NCBI GenBank assembly: GCA_025054525.1
Contig: JANWZJ010000001.1
Span: 45,052 to 109,051, forward strand
Reading direction: 5' to 3'
Length of the DNA: 64,000 nucleotides
DNA from: Bacteroidia bacterium
Lineage (GTDB): Bacteria > Bacteroidota > Bacteroidia > SpSt-205
The position numbers and the translations under genes are program-made. Below, piece after piece: positions 38,406 to 47,200 of this stretch (positions are counted from its first letter, which is position 1; each line of letters starts with the position of its first letter). The notes under the pieces were generated by a model that had not been told where the DNA came from, ran no database searches, and was given only the letters and a program-made list of their open reading frames with translations.

Positions 38406-41094
38406 GAAACTGCGTTCTTAGCACGTAAGAAAGTACGCCTCCATGTCTGTAATACGCAATTTCTACCTCGGAGCGGAGTAGGGCTATCACTTGGAAAGTT
38501 TTGTCTTTGCCTCGGCTGGGGTCATACGCGCGAACGGTAAGTTTCTTGAGAGGGGTAAGTCCTTCGGCTATGCCGAGAACTTCATATAATTCTGTGCCAT
38601 CCAGACCGAGAGTTTCGGCGTTTTCGCCTGGCATGAACTGAAGGGGTAGGATTCCCATTCCCACTAAGTTGCTACGGTGAATGCGCTCATAACTCTCAGC
38701 TATCACGGCATGGATGCCTAAAAGATTTGGGCCTTTTGCCGCCCAGTCGCGTGAGGAGCCGCTCCCATATTCTTTACCTGCTATGACGAGGAGGGGCACA
38801 TTCTCTTGACGATAGCGCATGGCTGCTTCATACACGGTGAGTGTTTCACCAGTGGGGTGATAGCGTGTCCAACCGCCTTCTTGGCTAACTAACTTGTTGC
38901 GCAGTTGCACATTCGCAAACGTGCCACGTATCATCACTTCGTGATTACCTCGGCGAGCGCCATAAGAGTTGAAATCCTGGGGCTTTACACCCAGTTGGAT
39001 AAGGTATTGTCCTGCAGGCGACTGCGAGGCGATAGAACCAGCAGGCGAGATATGGTCTGTAGTTACAGAATCGCCCAACATCAGTAAAACCCTTCCTCCT
39101 TTAATGTCCCTAAGGGGAGGCACCTGAGTCGTGACTCCTTCAAAGAATGGGGCACTCCGAATATAAGTAGATTGATTGTCCCACTGGTAGATTTGACCTG
39201 TCGGTGCTGGAAGAGATTGCCAAGCAGCCTCCCCTTCTAAAATACGAGCGTAGTTTTGCCGATAGTCTGACTCAGATATCACTGTCTCCATTAGAGTTTC
39301 CACTTCCTGGGGCTCAAACCATATATCCCGCAGATAGACTGGATAGCCATCAGGATCATAGCCCAGGGGTTCTCGGTCAAAGTCTATATCCATGCGCCCT
39401 GCCAGAGCATACGCTACGACTAAAGGTGGGGAAGCCAAAAAGTTCATCCGCACCTTAGGATGGACGCGGGCTTCAAAGTTGCGATTGCCTGAGAGAACAG
39501 CAGCAACAACGAGTTTTTTCTCATCTATCGCACTGGCCACAGCACTTGGAAGCGCACCGCTATTGCCGATGCAGGTAGTGCAGCCGTAACCTGCTACATG
39601 AAAATGCAGCGCTTCCAAGTAAGGTAAGAGCCCTGCTTTTTGCAGGTATGTGGTAACAACCCGAGACCCTGGGGCTAATGTTGTTTTGACCCAAGGTTTA
39701 GGGCGCAAACCCGCTGCTACGGCTTTTTTAGCGACCAACCCAGCTGCTAACATCACTGAGGGATTAGAAGTGTTGGTACAGCTTGTAATCGCTGCTATGA
39801 CGACAGCTCCATCTCCTATGGTATATTTCCCATCACCAGTAGAAAGGTGAGCAACCCCATTAGAAGGGGCAGGCTCATCTGCCAAGGACATCGGTTGTAC
39901 CTTCGGCGTGGAGGGATGCTTTTGGTAGCTTTTCTCTAAGATAGCCTGAACCGTAGCACTTACTTTACTAAGAGATACTCTATCATGGGGACGCTTGTGT
40001 CCGGCTAAAGAAGGCTCTACTTGTTCTAAGTTAAGGGTCACTACTTGGCTATAGATGGGTGCCTCCTCAGAAGAGCCCCACAAACGATTTATGCGAGCAT
40101 ACTGCTCAATCAGCTCTACCTGCTCGGAGGGTCTCCCTGTACTACGCAGGTAGCGAAGGGTTTGTTCGTCTATGGGGAAATAGGTGATAGTGCAGCCAAA
40201 CTCTGGGGACATGTTGGCTATCGTAGCCCGGTCAGGGACACTGAGCGTAGCGAGGCCCGGGCCGAAGACTTCTACGAACTTATCTACTACGCCGACTTTG
40301 CGCAGGAGTTCGGTGATAGTGAGGACGAGGTCTGTGGCAGTTACGCCATGGCGCAGCTTACCTTCCAGTTTGAGTCCGATTACCTCTGGACAAGGGAAAT
40401 AAAATGCTTGTCCTAAGAGCGCTGCCTCCGCCTCAATCCCTCCTACCCCCCAAGCCACTACCCCAATCCCATTCACCATAGGCGTATGGGAATCAGTACC
40501 GACCAAGGTATCAGGAAAAGCCCACCCATCTCGGCTTGTGATGACTTGAGCGAGATATTCTAAATTGATTTGGTGCACTATTCCCATGCCAGGGGGCACA
40601 ATCCGGAAATTCTTGAAAGCCTGCTGAGCCCACTTGAGAAATTGATATCGTTCTTTATTCTGCTCGTATTCACGCTCAATGTTGCGGCGTAGCGCAAGGG
40701 CATTTCCGAAAGAATCCACTTGGACTGAGTGGTCAATCACTAGGTCCACAGGCACTAAGGGGTTGATACGGGAAGGGTCTTTGCCGTTGGCTGCCATGGC
40801 ATCTCTCAGCGAAGCTAAATCTACCACGGCAGGCACCCCAGTAAAATCCTGCATCAGCACTCGCGCAGGGATAAATGCTACTTCTTCTTCCGCTGTAGGT
40901 TTGCCATTCCAGCGCCGAAAAGGTTCTACATGGGCTGAGGTAACCTTAAACTCATCTAAGTTCCGCAGGACATTCTCTAAGAGAATCCTCAAGCTAAATG
41001 GCAGCTTATCTAAAGGAATCTGCAGCTTTTCTGCAGCTGTGGGCAGGTCTACATATGAGTGTCCCGAAGCGAGTTTTTTATGCCAAGGTTGCAT
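38398..41094 (-). CDS. acnA: aconitate hydratase A
   Basis: 898 aa; Fe-S Cys ligands in AITSCTNTSNP / GYGCTTCIGNSG context; swivel domain SR-region. Confidence 0.9.
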   Translation of the reverse strand: MQPWHKKLASGHSYVDLPTAAEKLQIPLDKLPFSLRILLENVLRNLDEFKVTSAHVEPFRRWNGKPTAEEEVAFIPARVLMQDFTGVPAVVDLASLRDAMAANGKDPSRINPLVPVDLVIDHSVQVDSFGNALALRRNIEREYEQNKERYQFLKWAQQAFKNFRIVPPGMGIVHQINLEYLAQVITSRDGWAFPDTLVGTDSHTPMVNGIGVVAWGVGGIEAEAALLGQAFYFPCPEVIGLKLEGKLRHGVTATDLVLTITELLRKVGVVDKFVEVFGPGLATLSVPDRATIANMSPEFGCTITYFPIDEQTLRYLRSTGRPSEQVELIEQYARINRLWGSSEEAPIYSQVVTLNLEQVEPSLAGHKRPHDRVSLSKVSATVQAILEKSYQKHPSTPKVQPMSLADEPAPSNGVAHLSTGDGKYTIGDGAVVIAAITSCTNTSNPSVMLAAGLVAKKAVAAGLRPKPWVKTTLAPGSRVVTTYLQKAGLLPYLEALHFHVAGYGCTTCIGNSGALPSAVASAIDEKKLVVAAVLSGNRNFEARVHPKVRMNFLASPPLVVAYALAGRMDIDFDREPLGYDPDGYPVYLRDIWFEPQEVETLMETVISESDYRQNYARILEGEAAWQSLPAPTGQIYQWDNQSTYIRSAPFFEGVTTQVPPLRDIKGGRVLLMLGDSVTTDHISPAGSIASQSPAGQYLIQLGVKPQDFNSYGARRGNHEVMIRGTFANVQLRNKLVSQEGGWTRYHPTGETLTVYEAAMRYRQENVPLLVIAGKEYGSGSSRDWAAKGPNLLGIHAVIAESYERIHRSNLVGMGILPLQFMPGENAETLGLDGTELYEVLGIAEGLTPLKKLTVRAYDPSRGKDKTFQVIALLRSEVEIAYYRHGGVLSYVLRTQFLA

Positions 41095-41107
41095 GCTACA
41101 AAGATAG

Positions 41108-42628
41108 CTATGGAGAAAGGATACGAAACTCTACTCTTCGGTTGAGGGCTCTACCCTCGGGTGTGCGGTTGTCGGCGATAGGTTGGGTTGGACCTTTGCC
41201 CACGACTTGCAGCCTGTCTGCCGCGATGCCTCGCGAGATGAGATAGTTAGCTACTGCACTGGCCCGCCGGCGAGAGAGTTCCATGTTTTTTTCCAGAGAC
41301 CCTGTACTATCGGTATGCCCTACGATTTCTATGCGCATCGTCGGCTTGTCGCTTAGGAGCCATGCTAATCGCTCTAATTCCATAAAACTCTCTGGCGCCA
41401 AAGCACTATCTCCACTGGCGAAATAAAGGCCGTTCAGACGAAATACCTCGTCCAATATGAGAGGCACCACAATAATATCCTTCTCTATTTCGGAAGGCGC
41501 CTTATTATTCGTTTGGCGCAGGTCTATCTGCTCACTGATACTAAAATAGCCTGGATTGAGCACGACTAGGCCATATAGACTGCCTGTGGGAAGCAGAATC
41601 CGATATTCCCCTGTACTTTCAGCTGAAGTAGCCGCACCTTCCAGTTCCCGTGTAGTTAGGTTATAGTATCGTAGCTCAGCATTCGGAACTGGACGACGCT
41701 GGGTGCGCTCTATGACTCGCCCCCGAATCAGAGACACAGGACGCGGCTGAAAAGCCGTAGGCAGCGGCGCTCGGTAAATCTCTTTACCTTTCGTAGCAGC
41801 GGAATCAGTAGATACAAAATAGGCTATCTCTGGCTTGAGCGCTGCGAACTTGAAGTAATAATCATCCGCTTCTGAGTTAATAGGCTCGGGAAGGCGCTGA
41901 GGGGGGCTCCAACGCTGCCAGGAATCATCCAGCCTCCTGGTCATATAAATATCAAATCCTTTGGAGTCGTTTCTTTTATTAGAGGAGAAATATAAAGTAA
42001 TTCCGTCTGAAGCTAAGAAGGGGGTAATCTCGTCGCCTACCGTATTAATAGTAGGGCCTAAGTGCAGGGGTTCGCTCCAGATTCTCTGCTCAGGGTTGAA
42101 GAAGCTGACGTATAAGTCTTCTCCGCCCAGGGTGCCTTTGCTTTTCATGGAGAGAAGAAGGGTTCTCCCATCCCAACCCAAAGCGGCGGTGAGGGAAGAG
42201 CCGCTTTCGCTGTGAAAGTTCTGAATACGAAGTTGTCCCGGGGCACTCCACAGGTCACCCGTAAGCCGACGCGCCATACCTAACTCGCAGGCATTCTTGG
42301 GATTGCGAAACTCTTTATATACCAGAAGGAGTTGCCCATCTGGCGCGATACCAAAAGGGATATTGCCGCGCTCATCGTTGACTCCACTGCCTAAATGTTG
42401 AGGGGGCCCAAAGTTAGAGAGGGAGTCGCTCCATGTAGCATAGAATATATCTTGGGCTCCGTAGCCCAGCGGGTCGTCCAATCGCCAGAAGAACAGCTGC
42501 TTGCCATCGGCTGAGAGCACGGGGGCGCTTTCATGCATGCGGGTATTGATATGGGAGGGAAGAGCTACTCGTTGCGCCCATAAAACGAGACCCAAGACTA
42601 GCCCAGAGAGAGGTTTCATTCCAGGCAA
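41108..42628 (-). CDS. OmpA-family protein with N-terminal TolB-like (PD40) beta-propeller repeats
   Basis: Signal peptide MPGMKPLSGLVLGLVLWAQ; repeated DI(F/Y)..... S.....W motifs; C-terminal OmpA domain TDSTGS...NMELSRRRA...NRRVEFRIL. Confidence 0.7.
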   Translation of the reverse strand: MPGMKPLSGLVLGLVLWAQRVALPSHINTRMHESAPVLSADGKQLFFWRLDDPLGYGAQDIFYATWSDSLSNFGPPQHLGSGVNDERGNIPFGIAPDGQLLLVYKEFRNPKNACELGMARRLTGDLWSAPGQLRIQNFHSESGSSLTAALGWDGRTLLLSMKSKGTLGGEDLYVSFFNPEQRIWSEPLHLGPTINTVGDEITPFLASDGITLYFSSNKRNDSKGFDIYMTRRLDDSWQRWSPPQRLPEPINSEADDYYFKFAALKPEIAYFVSTDSAATKGKEIYRAPLPTAFQPRPVSLIRGRVIERTQRRPVPNAELRYYNLTTRELEGAATSAESTGEYRILLPTGSLYGLVVLNPGYFSISEQIDLRQTNNKAPSEIEKDIIVVPLILDEVFRLNGLYFASGDSALAPESFMELERLAWLLSDKPTMRIEIVGHTDSTGSLEKNMELSRRRASAVANYLISRGIAADRLQVVGKGPTQPIADNRTPEGRALNRRVEFRILSP

Positions 42629-42630
42629 AA

Positions 42631-43842
42631 TTACTCTGCGTGCGAGAGAAGCCGTACTTTCCTACGCCAAGGATAAGCCAATACTCCCAATATCACGGCA
42701 ATCATAGCGCCTACCCCCAGCACATACAGATACGGGTCAGGCTGCCAGCGAATTGGTATTTCGGTAAGTACGTAATTCTCCGGATCCAGTTTCACCCACT
42801 GAAAAGCATCCTGACCCCAAAGGAGAAGCGAAGCCACCCCTATGCCTATACTCATTCCGATACCCAAAGCACCGACAGCCTGCCATAAAGTTAGCTGCCA
42901 TAACTGTCCTGCTGTCGCTCCCAGTACCCAACATAACTCATATCGCAGCCGCTGCACTAACTGCAACACAAGGAATCCCGATGCCACCGAAAAAAAGCTA
43001 AGTAATATGACAATACCCAGAATAAGCTGGACGTTTTGCTGGAGCAGAGAAAGCCAATCAAAGATATCGGAGAAAATCACCTCAATCGGTGCGAGTTCAT
43101 AGGTGTAAGGCAACTGCCAAGAGAGCGCATCAGCCAACGAGTCAGAGTCTAAGGGTGTCTGTAAGAATAGATGACCGATTTCCACTTGGTCTGCTTGCCA
43201 TCCTAATAACTTCTGTACTAACGGGAGGGGTACGAATGCTACATGTCGGTCTACTTCATCTAAGTTAGCTTGATACAGGGCATGAACCCGAAGCACTCGC
43301 AAACGCGGCGGGTCTGCCAGCCATGCCATGATGACTTTATCGCCTTTTTGTACGCCGAGCCGCTGAGCCAGCGTACGAGAAAGAACTATTACCTCTCCCT
43401 GCCATTCTGTTATGGGAGTATCTATGAGGTTGCGCCAAGCCGTATGCCACCAAGAAGGTTCCACCCCTATCAGTTCCACTCCTTCATATTTCTTGTGCTG
43501 GCTCTCTATGAGTACGGGTAGGTGAATAGCACTCTCTATCCGCCACTGGGAAGAGGAGAGTCTATGAAGCCAGTCCTTTTCTATGGGTTGTAGCTGGCTC
43601 AGTCTTTCCTCGGCATAATACCGTATCCATATGGCTCCACTATACTGGGTCAAGCTGTGCTGAATAGCATGTTGGAACGAGTCAAAGAGCACCAGCACCA
43701 GAAGTGCCCCTCCACTGCCTATGGCGATAGCTCCTATTTGGATAGAAAAGATGAGTCGCTGCCGGCGCAGCCCCGTCCCCAGAAGAAGCCTCCACGCTAA
43801 AAGGGCTAAACTGAGTCGGAGAGGGGATAATCTCTGCGCCAC
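42631..43842 (-). CDS. ABC transporter permease, FtsX/LolE-like (MacB-type periplasmic domain)
   Basis: N-terminal LALLAWRLLLGTGLRRQRLIFSIQIGAIAIGSGGALLVLVLFDSF and a 4-TM topology with a large loop after TM1. Confidence 0.55.
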   Translation of the reverse strand: MAQRLSPLRLSLALLAWRLLLGTGLRRQRLIFSIQIGAIAIGSGGALLVLVLFDSFQHAIQHSLTQYSGAIWIRYYAEERLSQLQPIEKDWLHRLSSSQWRIESAIHLPVLIESQHKKYEGVELIGVEPSWWHTAWRNLIDTPITEWQGEVIVLSRTLAQRLGVQKGDKVIMAWLADPPRLRVLRVHALYQANLDEVDRHVAFVPLPLVQKLLGWQADQVEIGHLFLQTPLDSDSLADALSWQLPYTYELAPIEVIFSDIFDWLSLLQQNVQLILGIVILLSFFSVASGFLVLQLVQRLRYELCWVLGATAGQLWQLTLWQAVGALGIGMSIGIGVASLLLWGQDAFQWVKLDPENYVLTEIPIRWQPDPYLYVLGVGAMIAVILGVLAYPWRRKVRLLSHAE

Positions 43843-44004
43843 CGATTGAAGAAGAATTTATAGCGCTGCTCGTAGGCAGCCTTTCCGAGGAGCTGGAAGG
43901 CTTTTTCATGCTTGCTACGCTCATGGGGGGGGAAAGCAGCCATCCAACGAAGGGGGTCTATTCGTTTCTCTCGGAGGAATGCCATGAACGCCTCATTCAT
44001 GGAA

Positions 44005-44091
44005 TGCCGGGGACGGGACTCGAACCCGTACCGCCTTTTTCAGGCGACAGGATTTTAAGTCCTGCGTGTCTACCGATTCCACCACCCCGGC
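44005..44091 (-). tRNA. tRNA-Leu (anticodon UAA), type II with long variable arm
   Basis: Reverse complement GCCGGGGTGGTGGAATCGGTAGACACGCAGGACTTAAAATCCTG-TCGCCTGAAAAAGGCGGTA-CGGGTTCGAGTCCCGT-CCCCGGC-A; anticodon loop CTTAAAA. Confidence 0.85.
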
Positions 44092-44095
44092 AGCG

Positions 44096-44168
44096 AGCGG
44101 CAGACGGGGCTCGAACCCGCGACCTCAACCTTGGCAAGGTTGTGCTCTACCAGCTGAGCTACTGCCGC
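44096..44168 (-). tRNA. tRNA-Gly (anticodon GCC)
   Basis: Reverse complement GCGGCAGTAGCTCAGCTGGTAGAGCACAACCTTGCCAAGGTTGAGGTCGCGGGTTCGAGCCCCGTCTGCCGCT; discriminator U; 4 nt from tRNA-Leu. Confidence 0.9.
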
Positions 44169-44201
44169 TAAGGCAGGGCAAATATAAGTAGTTTCTTCCA
44201 T

Positions 44202-47200
44202 TCATCGCATCAATACCATCTTCCCCCACCCCCCCTCAAAATAAGAGGAAAGTTCCGGCGCCTGCTGCTGCAAGCTAATTGCCCCAGGCATCTTAATTAC
44301 CGTGCGGTAGAGATAAACGCCATTCCCTAAACGTTCCCCATGCTCATCCGTCCCATCCCACGCATAGCGGGTGAGATGTCGCCCAATTCGTACTTCACCG
44401 AGTTGCTTGAGGTCAATCACTTTCACTAATCGCCCGCTTAGCGTGTAGATATGTATCTGAAATACCTCTGGTAGCACAGCACCGGTTAGCTCGTAGTAAA
44501 AGCGTGTAGAAGTAGAGAAGGGATTAGGATAGTTGATAACATAGCTGAGCGAGCTCTCTTTCACCACTCGGAAACGCAGTTCGTATGGCTGACTGCCCGA
44601 ACGATTACGGCTCTTATCCATGGCTTCTACGCTGAGGATATACTCGCCGCTTTGAGGAAAAGAAGCCTGCCATTCTACTCGGGCCCGATTGTCAGGAGGA
44701 CGCGCAGGGAAAAATCGCAGCTCCTGAGAATAAGACAAACGCGTACCCAGTCCCCGTTCCTGCGCTTGCCTGACACGAACAACTACTGCATTCGTATCAT
44801 CCAGCATGAGATGCCGGTTCTCGTCTTTGACTTCTATAACGACATAGGGATTCGGGGAAACAATATCTCCATTTTGAATGCGCCCTCCATCAAAAAGCAC
44901 ATCTACAATCGGATTGATGCGATCCACCTTGACGAAGAAGGTGGTCTCCCACCGATTATTGACGAAGGTGCGTTCCCCAAACCGAGGGCGAGGATTGACG
45001 ATGATACGCAGGCGATTAGAGCCGCCCAGCCCTATACTGGAAAAAGTATAGCGCATGACCATCGTATCTAATCCCCGCAAAGGTCTATACCACTGCCATC
45101 CTAAGGTATCCCAGGCACCCGAGGCTTTTTGAACGAGGTAAAGTACTTCTACACTGTCTGGAGTAGTCGCTGAGAGCAAGTTCCGTACGCCTAACTCTAA
45201 GCTTAGCATCTCTCCTTCCTCTACCGTGTCCCGCAGGAAGCGCCAGCGCAGGTCTGGGTCCACTGCTAAATCAGGGAACGGCTGGAAGAGTACATACCAA
45301 TAGCGAAGTTGTGGAGTAGCAGGCGGGGTACTGCCGTCCGCAAAAAGACCCTCCAGTTGCAGCTCTGTATAAGCCGGGGTGTTATATGGACGCAGGTTGA
45401 ATACTTCGGAAGAAGGCATGCGCCGTCGTAGGGTATCTCTTTCGCCCGTAGAACGCAGCCCATAAATAGAAATCGTGATAGTATCCTGCGTACCCTGCCG
45501 AGCCCAAGCGAAGAACGCATCCTCCCACGCCACAGGGCGAGGTATGCGGGGTGAAAGACACCTACCTATCGGCACCCCCACCTCAAAGTCCCGATAGAGT
45601 TCGCAGTTAGAAGAGTCCGGGCAGAAAGTTTCCAAAGCTGTACCTGGAGGGGCGCCCTTCTGCCCAATAATTATCCCTTTTTGCTGAGAAGATAGTCTCA
45701 AAGCTGTCCGAGTAGCCCCTATACCATCCAGAACTTCTGCCATCCGATGCGTCCATGAACTACTATCATGCTTAGCCGTAATCAGCAAAAGCACAGGAGA
45801 ACCTACAGGTGCGCGGGATAAAACTGCTTTTAGCGAGTCAACCATCTGCTCTGGCTGCATAACTACTCCTGAATAGCAACTCCCCGGGCAGAAGTACTGC
45901 CAGTTCCCGAACATAGGATGGTATTCTAAGGGCTCGTAGGTATTTGGATGAAAGGTAGCGATAAATATGCCAGGTTCACGAGCGCCGCTCCACCAACCAG
46001 CGGGGATAGTATGACTGAGCCGGTCTGAGATTTGCTCGCCGTTGCGCTGAAGGAAGCGGCGATTCCCTGCGGGTGTGGGCGTCTCTCTAGCCTCTATTCG
46101 GACTCGCTGTTGTACAAAGCGCCAGCGAAAACTGGCTTCTTCATAACTCAGCCCCCGATTTTCATTCGCCAAGAACTGAGGGCGAGCGCTTTGTCCCCAT
46201 CCCTCCCTGTCTCCTGCGATATACTGAAAAGACTGTGAAGCCCATTCTTGCGAGCCTGAGCCCTCTAATCGCACGCGCCAGTAATACACTACACTATCTC
46301 GCAGCCGAAATGGCAAAGCCCACTGCCCAAATGTGGTCGTCCCCTGTATGCGACCACTTCTCTGCAGAAAAGGAGAGTCAAACTTATAACTGGTATCTAT
46401 CTCAAAATAATACCCCTGAGGTGCTACTATACTTTGATTATAGGTAGCCGCGATTAGTGCGATAGAGTCTCTCGCAATCACAGCAAAAGGCCATGGATAA
46501 AGAGGCAGCGGTAAAGCAGAGCGTACAAAAAGTTCCCAGCGTAGTAAATTGTTATCTTCTCTGATTTCAGGTGCAATTTCATTCTCGGAATCTACAAAGA
46601 TTTCTAACTCATTGATACCGCCCCATTCTCCGGCGGGTGTGGGTAGAGTAACTTCTACGCTATCGCTGCACAGGAAGGGAGGTCGCCTATATCGATAGGT
46701 GAAGCGTTGCCCAGTAGCAGTAATGCGATGCGTGATTTGTAACCAGAAGCTGTCTCGGATACTTAGCCCGAGATTATGATAGCGCACACGAAGCCGAAAG
46801 TTTCCTGCTTCTGCAGAAGGCTCAGAAGGGGAAACTGCTACGTCGGCAGAAGTAATTGCTAAGTCGGGGCGCCGGGGACCTGCCAGTGCCACCGAGGGGT
46901 CACCCAACAGTGTCTGGGCTCCTATATGATAATAGTCAAATGCGTTTGCTCCATTCTGGAAAAGGCGCCGAAAAGTTTCTACTAATGCATCTCCCACAGG
47001 TAGTCCTACCGAGTCGCGAAAGAGAACCTCGTATAAGATTTTCGTCTGATTGCCCAAAGGAAAGATAAATCCGGCGCCCGAGAGCGACAGATACCAGAGA
47101 CATCCTCGCCCTGGCGTTAGGAGGAAGCGCTCGCCATGAAGATGAGCCAGTGCATTTATCTCATCAAAGTTTCCTTGATAGCAGCCATTTACAATAATAA

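Noticed and set aside
38905-40416. Several 60-123-aa plus-strand ORFs inside acnA
   Set aside because: Antisense to a well-supported aconitase gene.
44652-45071. 139-aa plus-strand ORF inside the C25 gene, and similar internal ORFs (46032-46447, 47136-47504, 48756-49106)
   Set aside because: All are embedded antisense in a single long minus-strand ORF with coherent protein features; treated as noise.
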